Source: Nitrospirales bacterium (GTDB lineage: Bacteria > Nitrospirota > Nitrospiria > Nitrospirales > UBA8639). Taken from it: a stretch of 64,000 nucleotides of DNA. Positions within the stretch are counted from its first letter, which is position 1; every line of letters starts with the position of its first letter. The notes beneath the pieces are model-generated. The model did not search any database and was not told where the DNA came from. It saw only the letters and a list, made by a program, of their open reading frames with translations. Of this stretch, positions 38,305 through 51,700 are shown in pieces. The DNA lies in NCBI GenBank assembly GCA_965203295.1, contig CBDBCZ010000001.1, positions 1-64,000 on the forward strand, given 5' to 3'. The position numbers and the translations under genes were made by a program.

Positions 38305-40514
38305 ACATTATTTTGTAATTTATCCCTGCTAATAGTAGGGGACGCGGAGTGGCCCCCCCACACTCCGCTTCCCCTTCGTATACAGAAGGGAGCGCGGAGT
38401 GGCCCCCCCACTCCGCTTTCCCTACTAGTACTGTAGGGGATGCGCAGTGGCCCCCCCACTCCGCGTCCCCTATACTAGTATTGTAGGGAATGCGCAGTGC
38501 CCCCCACTCCGCGTCCCCTACTTATGGCAGGGGGAGGGGATAAACAGTGACCCCCCACTGAATTTTCCCTACTAATGGGAGGGAATCAAGAGTGACCGTC
38601 CAGACATTGCATGGCAGTGCACTTGCATGTACATAGCACTGATGTCCTTGTACAAAAAGGACATGGTTGCAGTTTTGGAGGGCTTAGCTGAGAATGCCGG
38701 GATTTCCACAAGTTATGTGGATAGAAATCCAGCTACTAGAGAGAAGCGGAGCAAGCGCGCCAACATTGCTCGTCGAAAAAGGCAAGCAAATGACGTCAAT
38801 GATGCGCAAGGCCCTCCTGATTGCAATTCCGATTTCAAGAAACCGAAAACTAGAAAGCGAAAGGTGCCTGAAGCTAGTCAGTCAGATCAGAAGCAAAAGC
38901 AGAGGAAGGGAACGGCACCTGAGAGCAGCCAGTCTCTTAGAAAAAAGGTTTATTTCCCTCTTTGATACTTACGTAGGAGGTACACTTTGAATTTACAGAT
39001 GCTTCTCATTTAGCCGAAGCTGACTGCTGTATCTGATTCAGACGGTGAAGACTGCCTGGAATTGCCAATGCAGGTATGTGGTACATGTAATTCAAGGGCA
39101 TGCACACGTACATGTTACATGCAGGATAGTTCAATTAGCAAATTGTTTACATCATCTCTTCTCTTCTCTAGACAACCCCATCCAAACACCTAAGATCTGA
39201 TCCTGTTGTTGACTTGTCATCCACTCCTCCATCAGCAGACCTAGTTATCGACCTGACGTCCACACCTCCATCTACAGATGCCATCGTTGACTTGGATTTA
39301 GTTCCGACACCCCCATCTCGTCCTCCATGGATACCTGAGTTTGAAATTTTTCTCGACGACAAAGAACAGATTCTCTCCGGCTCATGGCTACTACAGCAGC
39401 ATATCACCGCTGCACAGGCTCTTTTGAAACAGAAGTTTTCACAGCAGAATGGACTTCAGAACACAGCAGAGGTGGCTGATTTGCACTACAGCTGCAGTGC
39501 TGATAACTTCGTGCAGATTGTTAACCTGAGCAATACTCACTGGGTGTGTGTGAGCAACCTCAACTGCAAACCTGACGAGGTAGACGTCTACGACAGTCTA
39601 TACGCAACTCCATGCTACACCCTGAAAGAGCAAGTAGCTGCCATTCTTTGCTCACCAGCAGAGAGAATAACTTTACGCATGGTGAACATGCAGCGTCAGA
39701 ATGGGGGTGCCGACTGTGGCCTGTTCGCTGTTTCCACAGCTGTGAGTTTGTGTCATGGGAACAATCCAGCTGCTCACGTTAAAGAACAATCGCAAATGCG
39801 AGAGCACTTCATCTGCTGCTTGGAAAACCGTGATATGGTCGTCTTTCCAGATTCCGACAAGCCAGTCCGTACAAAGCGACGCATCAAGTCAGAGTGTGCA
39901 GTGTCTGTGCATTGCAAGTGTCGTCTTCCGTGGAAAAAGACATCCAAGTCTCGAAGTATGGCCGAGTGCAGCAAATGCAAGCGTTGGTATCACCAGGACT
40001 GTGAGAACGTACCACCCGCTGTGTTCTCTGATAGTGGCGCAAAGTGGCTTTGTAACTATTGTTTGTAGCTATTTTACAATGTATGCATAAAATCACACTT
40101 GCTGAGTTAATGTTGCATTTACAACCATCGTGATTTGGTGTACATCACAAAGTTTATCATATTTTTATCACAAAGTTTATCATTTCATTAGCTGGGAAAA
40201 TACACATGGGGACACAGAGTGGGGGGCCACTGTACACCCCCTGCCATAAGTAGGGGACGCGGAGTGGGGGGGCCACTGCGCATTCCCTACAGTACTAGTA
40301 GGGGAAGCGGAGTGGGGGGGCCACTGCGCATCCTCTACAGTACTAGTAGGGAAAGCGGAGTGGGGGGGCCACTGCGCATCCTCTACAGTACTAGTAGGGA
40401 AAGCGGAGTGGGGGGGCCACTCCGCGCTCCCTTCTGTATACGAAGGGGAAGCGGAGTGTGGGGGGGCCACTCCGCGTCCCCTACTATTAGCAGGGATAAA
40501 TTACAAAATAATGT
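38305..40514. mobile_element. Long-TIR element carrying a Ulp1-PHD gene, no transposase
   Basis: 38305-~38530 is the reverse complement of ~40240-40514. Both arms are built from ~48-bp GTGGCCCCCCCACTCCGC repeats. No TSD seen; a possible outer end ...CCGGTGTTACA at 40616. Confidence 0.7.
38627..40068 (+). CDS. Ulp1/SENP-like (C48) cysteine protease with SIM-like repeats and C-terminal PHD finger, probably 5'-truncated
   Basis: Exons 38627-38947, 39014-39073, 39172-40068 (phase 0). WL...HI, catalytic H (NTHWVCV), D (VYDSLY) and Q/C (QRQNGGADCGLFA); PHD HCKC...CSKCKRWYHQDC...WLCNYC. Confidence 0.85.
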
Positions 40515-40789
40515 AAAATTCTACCCACCCATTTTTTTACACTCTATGGACTCTTTTTGCGCCGAACTGTGCATCTATGCTTCATGTTGGACAATTATTC
40601 TACGCCCGGTGTTACAGGAAATTCGGTCGCAGGAATAATATGAATCCCGCGACGAAATTTCCTAGGAAATTCTGCATTAGTTTACGGGGCTGGTAGAGCT
40701 GGTGCGCAAACGCCACAAACCTAAACCATAGATAATATGTACTCCACACCATCTGTTATACTGGAGGGATTCAAATTCCATTCCTAAGT

Positions 40790-41680
40790 TCGTCGGCAGG
40801 AGGCTACCTTCGTTGCAGAACTGAGGAAATTATTGCAGCACTGCAAATTCGGCGACTCTCAGGATGGTATGCTGCGCGATCGTCTGGTCTGCCGGATCAA
40901 CCAACCCAGCATGCAGCGCCGGCTCTTAGCCGAAGTGGCACTCACCTTCAAGAAGGCGCTCGAGATTCACAAGCATTTGAGTCGGCTGAGAAGAATTCAC
41001 GACATTTGCAGACGTCAGCTGGTGCACTCGATCTACTGAGCACAGTGCACGCACTTTTGCGACAGTATCACACGGGCCGTCGAAACCGTCGCAATGGAGA
41101 CGAAGAGAATTCCTGCTTCCGATGCCGAGGCAAGCACGGTCCAGAGGAGTGTCGGTTTAAGGACACAGACTGCCACAGGTGTTGAAAGAAGGGCCATTTC
41201 GCTTGCGCATGTCAGAGCATGATATGGCGGAGAGGGCAAAGGAAAACACCCGTACTCACTGGCTCGCGGAGAAAGGTGAACCAGAAGCCGGAGAGTACAG
41301 TTTAGTTTAAATTACCAGCGTCCCAGAGCAGACGAAATCGTTGTTAGTAACTTCGGAAGTCAATGAGGTGGACCTGCAGATGGAAGTCGACACAGGTGCC
41401 CCTTTATTAAGAGGAAGTCTATCGCCGAAACTGGACAGCAGCACTTCAGGAAGTGGTTGTGGAATTGGTTACCTACACTGGGCACAGTGTTGAGGTGGTG
41501 GCATGGTTCTCGTGAAGTCGCTGTGCGGTATAAGGGACATTACGGATGCCCACCCCTATTAGTGGTTCGAGGGCATGGACAATCACTATACTGGGCCGAG
41601 ATTGGAGAGCTTGACCTCGACTGGAGGGAACTTCTCTACAAGAGCTAGTTTTATATAATGCTAAGAGGGGAGGGATCTAG
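40790..41680 (+). pseudogene. Internally deleted remnant of a second Gypsy family (gag and protease)
   Basis: AELRKLLQHCKFG...LRDRLVC.IN...QRRLLAE..LTFKKALEI, a knuckle remnant, MEVDTGA, and PPT-like CTAAGAGGGGAGGGA at ~41662. Confidence 0.75.
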
Positions 41681-42130
41681 TAACTGTGAACTTTTAGTAT
41701 TTAGTATGTCCCCTTATTTGTACAGGTTGGTGCATGTACATGCTTTGTAGGAATGATCTCAGTCGATGTTTTGGATGTGCTGTATGTATGTATAGTAGTG
41801 TTTATAAATTGTATAGGTGTTAGATCCTGTAGGGTTGTGATGTCCATGTAGGCTTATTTGGTAGTGCTGTCAGTACTTCTAGAATTTTCTGTACACTACA
41901 TGTACATGTATAAACAAGGATTTGTCATATTGACAAGTGGTGTGCTGTCTGAGTTACAGAGGGAGTTCAAGAAGGGAAATACACTAATGATGGGTCTGTA
42001 ATAATATTTAATATGTTTTTACATTCTCAGACTAAGAAAGCGGAAAACAATCTAATCTGTATCCATGCATGTAATGTGTTTACAGATTGGAAACTTAAGC
42101 AACAACCCACTAGTCGATAGGACAGTTCTA

Positions 42131-43030
42131 TTTTTACCAGCCGGAGCGCGCGCAGCGTGTGAACGGCTGGTACTAAGATTGATTTACGTTTTCCGCGTTT
42201 GTTTGTTTGTTTGTTTGTTTGTTTGTTTGTTTGTCTGTATGTTTGTGCGTCCGCACTTATCACGTGCGCAATATATTGCGTCATACGTTACTATGCAACT
42301 GCAGTGTATAGCAGCTTTTGGAGGTTTGCGGGCCAAGCTACAGCAAATGAAGGTAGTTTTGTGTTGCCTAGATGGCGAAAACGTGGTAGGTAGCCGTAAA
42401 GATCCTGTTTTGGTGGCGTATAGCTACTAACTGGAGGCGCATGACGAAACTGCTGAGTCAGCACTTTCGCTGTACCGCTCTAGGAATATAGTTTCTCTGG
42501 CTCTATAGCTGTAGTTTAGTAGCTTGGTCTAAGCTGAGTTGTGTGTATTGTACGGGAAATGCGTCCGGCTGGTTTTTTAGACTTGTTGATGTGAGCTATA
42601 GGCAGACCTATAAATAGCGTGCTAATACTTGTCTTGTCAGCTGTGTGTGTTTGAAGAATAATATTGGTTAGTAACTTGCAATGTGCGAGATCGGAGTCAT
42701 CGGTGTAGGTGGTAGGTATTTTGTTTGCATACAGAACCAGAACATAGCAAGGAAAAAAGAGCATGAGAGAAGTGAGGGTGGTAATGGAGGCTAACAAGAT
42801 CCACAAAACCAAGGGCCCTTTCCACTCAAACGTTGCTTGGAAATGCGAGTGCAATCAGTGTGGAACCGTTCTTTACACCACCCACATTGAGCCCTACCAG
42901 CCATTCTTGAGCGTTCTCATCACTAACCAGACTGTTAGCGTTGCTAAAGAGTATCACTTAAAATACCAAACTAGTAAAACGGCCAGGCTAGCACAATAAC
43001 GCCTGAGGCGCTTACAATGATTCTAACACG
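42131..43030 (+). mobile_element. Helentron/HINE-like non-autonomous element (tentative; right end approximate)
   Basis: TTTTACCAGCCG...CGGCTGGTA hairpin followed by a (GTTT)n microsatellite at 42197-42232. Confidence 0.35.
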
Positions 43031-44136
43031 AATAAGCATCATTTTCTCGGAGTATTGCACTCATAACATAGCGTATTCACGAATAAGGTTCGGCAGTGAT
43101 TCACGAGTACTCTCAAGCGAAAGCTCACTGTTGCACGCCATTTAACAACTCGGATTACATATTGCGCAGACTGCACGTGTTTGTCTATTTAATGCCTCGT
43201 GCAGTCTGCTTGGGCCTGCAGGCCTGAGCTAGCCTTGAACCCAGGCAAGGCCTTACACACCCAGATTTTATCTTGCAACCGTGGAGGATTTTTCTCCATG
43301 GCTACGAGATAAACCATAGAGAAAAATCAGTATTTTTCTCACCGGTTGCAAGATTAAATCTGGGTGTACATGTGTAAGGCCTGGGTTGAGCCTAGGCCTG
43401 AGCTGCGAGTTGCATCTCCTAGTTCATTGCTGCATAAGTTAGCTATATAAAATGAAGACACTTTACTCACATGGTTGATTATATTTGGTTGGCGAATGGC
43501 TTCTGGCCAGAGGTGCTGTTGAGAAATTATAACCGTATTCTTGTGTAGCCAGACTAACCGGTGTCATAAGGAAAAGACTCCATCTATAAGTACCTTGAAT
43601 ATGTTGTAATGGGATGAATAATACTGGAGGGGGCAGGCAGCTATATATTCGTCTGTGTGATACCGTAAACTACGTATTATCCGCCCATGATCAGAGGAGG
43701 TTGGAAGTGATCACGTGCGCTAATAGTGGAATGTAATTAGCTATGTTGGCTGATATGTAAAGAAAGCGTCTCGGGCAGAGAGGAGCAATAACAGCCGCTC
43801 CGCGAGTGATCTTGTGTAAGTTTAGCAGTTTTTAAAGCAAAATAGCTAAAATTTAAATGGTAAAACCGCTACCATACCGAAATTTTTGCAACCTCACTGA
43901 GAATTCGATGCAATCAAGCCCAATCTTTTGCAGCACAGCTCCATACTTGCAAGCCAAGGTTTTTGAGGCGGCGTCCTCACCCGTCCCCTTGAAGGTTGCA
44001 GAGCTACAAAACGTTCTGTAGGCCAGATACCAGAAACCTCTGCATACCTTCCGTATTCATCTCAATGGAATGCTATTAGCTGTACGTGACATCATGCGTT
44101 TATTGACGTACACGTGATCGCAACCTCCTCTGGCCC

Positions 44137-44434
44137 TAGTCTCGTGCCCAGCCCCACGTTAGGAAGGTGGGTCTGGATCCCCGCATATTCAAAGTTGGGG
44201 CAGCATTACGTCAGCGGTCCCAGATCTGGACCGGCGATGTGATTGGTTGATTATAGTATTACATCACTAAACGGTGTGAATATCCGGATACTACAACCGT
44301 TTAGTGATGTAATACTATAGTCGACCAATCACATCGCCGGTCCAGATCTGGGACCGCTGACGTAATGCTGCCCCAACTTTGAATATGCGGGGAGCCAGAC
44401 CCACCTTCCTAACGTGGGGCTGGGCACGAGACTA
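44137..44434. mobile_element. Near-perfect palindromic TAG..CTA MITE with 9-bp TSD (Academ-like)
   Basis: ~140-bp arms TAGTCTCGTGCCCAGCC... and ...GGCTGGGCACGAGACTA; CTCTGGCCC on both sides. Confidence 0.85.
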
Positions 44435-44593
44435 CTCTGGCCCATGATGTATTATCCGCCCATCCCCCTCTTTGAGTCAAAGTTACGTCTGGGGGTATTT
44501 ATGTACTTAGTATCCGCCCACCCTTAAATACCATCCATGCGAGCTAAACATGTATCTAACAACTGAAAATTCCAAGACAACGAGCCGAATTAA

Positions 44594-45308
44594 GGTTACG
44601 GGATACTGACCCGCTTTGATTTAATAGTCTAGTGAGTGAACGATGAATATCTTTGCAACTATAGGCCCTATAGCCACGATCTTTTCAGCATTTATTCATG
44701 GCTACTAGTTGTGTACCCAATACAGAAAGCTTGTCTGTGAGCCCCTCCCTTGTTTAGATAGCGGTAATGGAAGTTTCAGCTGTTCACAGTAATTTTTCTC
44801 GCCAAAAATCGCTGAAGCCACTGCTGTTGCTAGGCCACTACAGCTCTCTAAGGATTCCTCACTATATTCAGGAGGGACTGACGGAGGCTTTTTTGGTAGT
44901 TTCTCTCTGATACATGAGATATAGCCTCTTAAAGCTAAGAAGGTGGGGTCCAGAGCGCTCAGAGCCATACTTATCAACTTGCCACTCTGTTGATATAGAT
45001 AATTGCTTCAAAAGCCTTCGTCAGTCCCTCGTGAATATAGTGAGGAATCCTTAGAGAGCTGTAATGGCCTAGTAACAGCAGTGGCTTCAGCGATTTTTGG
45101 CGAGAAAAATTATTGTGAACAGCTGAAACTTCCATTACCGCTATCTAAACAAGGGAGGGGCTCACAGACAAACTTTCTGTACCGAGTACACAACTAGTAG
45201 CCATGAATAAATGCTGAAAAGATCGTGGCTATAGGGCCTATAGTTGCAAAGATATTCATTGTTCACTCATTAGACTATTAAATCAAAGCGGGTCAGTATC
45301 CCGTAACC
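44594..45308. mobile_element. Kolobok-like non-autonomous element with ~300-bp TIRs
   Basis: TTAA-GGTTACGGGATAC...GTATCCCGTAACC-TTAA; arms ~44594-44895 and ~45009-45308. Confidence 0.8.
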
Positions 45309-47548
45309 TTAAACGACAAAATTCGATCTTCAGTGCGCTTTAATTGGAATACCGACTTCAAGTCCGTCAGCCACTTCGCTTTTTAGCTGCTAATAGCAGT
45401 CTGCATGCTTCCATAATAGCTAGTTCAACACAATTTCCATTCACTGTGGTGCGGTACTTGCCTAGAAAAGCTATACTTACCTTGTATATTCGCTTTGCAT
45501 ACCGCGCGTTGGGAATGCGTTCCGGCGAGTGGGCGGATACTACATCGTATTTATAAAAACTACGTATTATCCGCCCACCCCCCTCTTTCAGCTTGCACCT
45601 AAGTGGCCCGCCCATGGGCGGATAATACGCACTTTACGGTACTAAAAACTGCAGTACATGTCTTTGTCCTTGGCAAGTACCCGCAGTGCAAATAGCTACC
45701 ATTTATACAACTGTCCACACACAGACAGACACAATTGCCTCCAGTGAAACACAGACACTGCACTGTACCTACTGCACTCTACAACTGCGTAGCCTCAAAC
45801 CCGGATCTTCCACATGGAAGGCCTCACTTCGAAGCTACTCTAGCACCACTCAATCATTACCGCACAAGCATATTGCTCATGCATAATATTAGCCTCATCC
45901 CCAGGCTCTTCGTGGGGCCGAAAAAGTCGCGGGCCTGGGAATGAGGCTACATGCATATCCCACACAACCACACTTACGTACATGTTCACCATGGTGCTAC
46001 CACCACAAAAAAAGAGTAGGAACAAGTTTTAGAAAGAGCATGTAGGGATGAAATCACAAAAAAAGCAACTAAACAAGGTACGACAGAACTTTCATGCACA
46101 GATTACCATTGATCCCTACATCTTGCCAAACACACACACACCACAATTCCCTCCATACGAAGTAGAGACACTTTTCACACAACCCTATACAACTGCCTAC
46201 CTTGTTTGTTAACTTTATTGCAATTCTATCCCTACATGCTTTTCATTTTCAATGTTTTTTTCTATGAATCTTATACTACAGCTCAGCATGGTCAGCATGT
46301 TATCACAACAGAAGATGGCTATCTCACTGATAGCTAGAAGATGGCTATCACAGCTGTAGGTCAGCCAGGCATGCATGTGCATGGTGAATACTGGCTGAAA
46401 GTTGTTTATCTGTATTGCAGCCATAAAAGGATAACCCAAGTACAGAGTGCACATGGATGTCCCAGTATGGAGTGTCATGTAGCAAAAAATACAATACAAC
46501 TGCCTAATAATTAAAAAAATTTATTGGCAATGACATTAATTGGCAATAAAATCATAATTAGGGACATTTCGTTCACAATAAAGGAACAGTTTTGAAGGAA
46601 TTAGCTAAAAGAAGGGCTGGAGATAGGTTGAATAATGAAATCATGGATAATATAGTGATAACACTTCCTGCTTCATTTTCGCTCTGCATGTGGTGACTAC
46701 CAACTGCTTCATAACTCTGAAGTTGCCCCCATTCTAAAAAGGACGTGGCTATTACCCTGACCCCTAGCCCCATTACGAGGGGTAGTCACTTCCGTGTTGG
46801 TTGTGAGACGTTTGTGAACGAGATCAAAACGGAATTAAGTGATCATGGTAGTTTTTAGGAGACGATCAAGGCATCAGGACAAAATCCGAGCAACAAAAGT
46901 CATAGTCTCGTGACCAGACAATGCAAAAGACTACAAAAATCAATGGAGCAATGATCAGTCCTTGAATCTACGGAGGTGTAGTGAACACCCGAAAATTTTG
47001 CGTTTGAGGTTCATTTTCGCCGATCAAAAAGCTTGCTCCCGTTCATAAAACCGTTCTATAGGCGGTACAGGGGTTTGCGGGGTGGTTGTCCAGTGCAATA
47101 AGCAAATAGTAGTAACTGTGCAGACTGCTATCCTTTGATTCTGGCAGCCTAACCTAATTAAGTACTTGAGAGCCACTACCTATTTGGGCCTCTGTATGAA
47201 GTACGTACCCCTTGTATTATCCCAACCAACTTCCTGCCGTACTGTACCAACAGCCACATGCACTACTAAGTGTTCCTATGGGTATGCTGAGTAAACCGAC
47301 GCAGCTCCAGCGCCTTTACCGTACATAGTAGCTACACATGCATCCTTAATACAGTAATGTTCAACCATACGATCGGTATAGATCTAAGTGCTCAATTTAG
47401 TCATATACAATAAGCTACCACTTACTTTCATCAAAATGTGGTTACGTCGGACGACACTCCCTCCTATGCTCCCTCCAAGGACAGTTTGAGCGCGGACGTG
47501 TTTACTAGGCCTACAACATTTAGTGCAAATCTACCACGGGGCAAGTTA

Positions 47549-47894
47549 GGGGGTATCTCCAAATGAAAATTCTACGCTTAGTGTCATAGTGACGCTAAAA
47601 AAATACCCCCCCCCCCCTTAGCGTCACGCATACATAATCATGCCTTCTGCAGTACTGGCAGCAAACACTTCAGCGAAGTTCTGATAGATGTCTATCGGGT
47701 TTTTGTATACAAAATACTTCTTGGAAGGCAGAGCCTCACCGAACAATATAGTCTGCCGCAGCATGCCTACGCCGTCACAGAACGTGCTCACGCGACTGCA
47801 ATTTTTTACGTCACAGCTTAACCCCCCCCCCCCCCCCCCCGCCCCCCCCTTAACTATGATGCTAAGCGTTGAATTTTCATTTGGAGATGCCCCC
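47549..47894. mobile_element. PIF/Harbinger-like MITE
   Basis: TTA-GGGGGTATCTCCAAATGAAAATTC...GAATTTTCATTTGGAGATGCCCCC-TTA (3-bp TSD). Confidence 0.8.
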
Positions 47895-48464
47895 TTACGG
47901 TTGCGGCTTAAATTTAATTGCTGCTTTAATTGCTGCTAGGCTGCTATCTGTAGGTAGCCTATTGCAGGGTGGGGAAAGAGTTCGCTCCACCCTGCCTGGC
48001 CCCTCCTAGCGTTTTCGAACATCAGTATATTGCAGCGTTTCCTAACAGCGCACGGGTGCCAAAGGTCACGTTCGCTAACGTAACGCTGCCGGGGGGGTGG
48101 GGTATAGGACAGAGGAGATACGTCAGCATCACGTGCTAAGCGGCAACTAGTCACATGACCGGTAAGTATATCGAGCTATTTTACTTGGAAGAGGGGATCT
48201 GACATCATCTGTGCGTTTGTGCGTAACTTTTTCGAGAGGTATTCCAGCTAATGACTGCTATAAATCAGCAGTCAATACTTTCTACCATCATTGTAGGCAT
48301 CTACCGTACTTCTAGCGAGTGGCTTACCGATATACTCTTGCAGTTCAGCCCGATCTTTAGGTCCATGATTTTTGCCTTCAAAAAGTAAGCCTTTTGAGCG
48401 GCTGAGCCCCTCTGAGCCCCTCTGAGCCCCCGGCAAAATAGCGAGAAAATCGAGGTTTTAGCTG

Positions 48465-48714
48465 CCAACTGTGCCGCTCTGTTGGAGTGAACTTCATTCC
48501 CATGATTGTGGAGACACTTGGTGGGTGGAGCCCTAGAGCAGTGGAGGTGATCAAGACGATCGGTCGCCTACAGGGCCAACGACTTGGTAACCCTCCTGCA
48601 GACTCTACCACCCACCTGTTTCAGCGTCTCGCCATCTACCTCTGGAGAGGGAATGCCTCCCTCTGGGTGCGAAGAATCCCCATCCGACCATCTGAGGTCG
48701 ATGGGGTCATCTAA
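48465..48714 (+). mobile_element. 3' fragment of an RLE-type (CRE-like) non-LTR retrotransposon
   Basis: FIPMIVETLGGWSPRA...FQRLAIYLWRGNA resembles the C-terminal signature of CRE-clade elements; 5'-truncated. Confidence 0.7.
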
Positions 48715-51700
48715 CTTTTTGTTTACTGTTTGTTTTTCTACTTTTATATAATTATGTACATTTATAGCTGGGCCTTGCCACTTTTTTTTACTGTACATCA
48801 CAGTGCATATGTGCTACATGTAGGTGTAGCCAGGTTTGCCACATGCACTGGAAGCTATCCTATAGAGTATCTACCACCCCTATACGCCAACTTACAGCAT
48901 TTAGTGCGCCTCAGTTAAAACTTCTCATCGCTACGTATGACTTCTAGGTGACACAAAACTATGCTCACTTGATGTATGTAACTTGGCCTGTAGACGTATA
49001 GTGGTCTACAGGTTCCGAGATAATTTTTGTGCATGTGCAGACAAACTAAGCAAGTGAGGAGACAAGATGTGATGTAGTCCTAGGACTATAGATGAACACA
49101 TGTTTTGTGCATGCCCAGCTGGAAAAAATGTGGAAGAAAGATTACATGTTGGTACATGTATTATGACTAAAAATGAACAGAGTAGGGGGTGAATATATGC
49201 ATACGTACGTACGTATTTTGTTAACAATAGCACTGTTATATCTTTTGTGTAGGTGGATCTGCAGCATGACCTCTCACTCTGCTCTGATGATGGGCTGAAT
49301 GTATTAAATGAAAGGTAAGTTCCTACTCTGTGAAGATGTGTACTTACATGTTTACTCTATATTGAGGGCGAAATGCACAGCCAAGTGTGTCAGAAACATG
49401 TGAGCAGAGATACAGATGTGATAAATCATGACTTGGGTGGGGTTGAAATTATAATTATGCACATCTGCCTATAGGAAGCCAAGTGTGTGATACAGACGTA
49501 TCAAACGCTTGCATACCTAATCGACATCTGAATTTTTCTACAACTGTAGGTATGAAGCTGCCATTGAGTGTGAAACTGAAGGCACCTCTTGACCTCCTTT
49601 GAATACTACAGCGTATTACATGATTGACTGGCCAACTGAATCAAATGTATGTACAACTGTAGTATTACAGGACCGTGTATGGTATGTTGTATGTTTGTGC
49701 CTGTGTGTCTTATATATGCGCCTTCGAATCAACTTCGTCTACTGATGAAAGGTTTAAGAGTGCACAGTGTCTGTTGTAGTTGATAGTCTTCTGGGAAGGT
49801 GACATGCCTTGCTGCCCATTTTCAAGAATTTTCAAATGAAACTGAGATGCCCAATGTCTATATATAGCAGTATGCAGGGTTGAGACTATAATACCAGGTA
49901 TCAGTCAAAGTCTGGTTGAGGCCAGAACTGACTCAAGTGAGTTCTTTGCAGGGTTGTTAACTATTAGAGCATTGCAACCGATACTCAATTCCTTATTTGG
50001 TTCGATGCACCCTTGTAGCCGAGTCTCTAGCTGCTGCAAGGTACTTTGTAGCACTCAGATGTTTCTACCTTCATATTATAGTATTGCCGTGGCTTCATAC
50101 ATAGGACTACATTGTAGACTAATGTTACCAGTGTAGGAAGCTATTAGTGGCTTTGAATACTACACACATGCCTGTATTATCTGGCCAGGGGTAGGCCCTC
50201 CACTGGATGCACATGAGGTGACCATTTTAGCGAGTCAGACAGCCGTGAGTATAACAGCTGAAGCTACACGAAAAACAAACAAACACAAAACAATTAGCAT
50301 CCAGGAAAAAGAACTCTTCTGTCTACAACATTTTCCCAAGGATCAGCCATGGCTGCTACGCGAAGTAGAGAGAGGGGTCATGCTACTTGCAAATTTTGTT
50401 CTTTAGCACTTGGTCGTGACGATCAGTCCTTCTCCAGCCTTCGTATCTCTGCTCAAAATTTACTCCAATTAGAAGACCTTCCTCCAAGTAAGACACCCCT
50501 AAGGAATTTTCCTGCTCTATTAAAGGCACCCCTTGAGGGCCGTATTTACGTAGAAAGGGCACCTTAATTATAGAGCTATTTTCCACTTTGTCAGAGCATC
50601 TGCTCTTAAATCATAGATGCTTATCTCAATTGTGGAGATCAGGATGGGTTGTTCTTGTTCTTGTCTCCAGACCCACTGTACCATCAGGGAAATAGGAACC
50701 GACTTGAAAGTGGATTTCTGAAACAGGAGGCGCTGAAGGGATAATTGAGTTCTTATTGGAGAAATCTGATGGGGTAACTAAAGTTAACCATCAGAGCTCT
50801 CTAATTAGAACCCGCTTTACCATCAGAGCTCTCTAATTAGAACCCGCTTATCATCAGAGCTCTCCAATTTTGGGAAAATACCACCTCCATTATATCATCA
50901 AAGCTCAGGTAAAAAAGGAAAATCTTTGTCAAGTTAACTTAAACAAGCACAAATTATGGTTTCTTACACTGGTAACTAGCCTTGACCTATAGTTAATTAG
51001 CTAATTAAAGTGCTTTCTGTTGTAGCTTTCAAAATTAGAGACCTCTTTGGTCTATCATTGGCAAATCACATTTTTGTAGGACCTCAAATCTGTAACACAT
51101 TCCATGCTCGCAGTAACTTGTACACACACCTGGAGACAGTGTGGGTGACCGTGCAATGCTTTGCAATAGTCATCAATGCTCTTTGACAGCAGTTTCACAT
51201 CTGCTTCGTATCAAGCGCTATCATGACTTTGGGGAAGGGAAGGGAAGGGTTTTTAACAGAAGCAGGGTAAGCATCTGGTGGTGGTGGATTGCCCTCAAAC
51301 AGTACATATATATATATCAGTTAGAAGATCTAGAGAAGGTCCATATTAGCTTACCATAGTGACTCTTATTATGTTCCTGCCATTCAAATTCCATAAAATG
51401 CATAAATTAACCATTTTCCCCCAGGAAATGGGGCATGTTCGAACAACTAGCATAATTAGGTACACACACGTCTATTTAGATTCCAATGTTACTGTCGCAT
51501 TAGATGACAGACAGACAGACAGACAGACAGAACCAATTCCTTAACCCCACTGCATACGTGCGGGGTAATAAAGGGCTGGTATTGCTACAATCGGTCATGC
51601 CCACAGCTTGATATTCAGCCATACTCGAGCATATATTATGGTATTCATGTCTTTCACACACACTCTGAATATGGCAGTCGCCCGGCCGAGCTGCTAGCAC

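Larger units (their letters stand above)
43663..45638. mobile_element. TA-CCGTA-ended pogo/Tc1-mariner-like MITE containing three nested insertions
   Basis: TA-CCGTAAACTACGTATTATCCGCCCAT ... ATGGGCGGATAATACGCACTTTACGG-TA. Confidence 0.75.

Noticed and set aside
40180..40638. Repetitive QWPPHSA ORFs
   Set aside because: Translations of the ~48-bp TIR subrepeats.
43471..43515. Isolated 45-nt minus-strand exon-like segment
   Set aside because: Good splice signals but no partner exons or recognisable peptide.
44705..45197. Two similar divergent ORFs (EYSEESLESC...)
   Set aside because: Mirror images from the two TIR arms of the Kolobok-like element.
50349..50567. 72-aa ORF with CxxC
   Set aside because: No recognisable domain or supporting gene structure.
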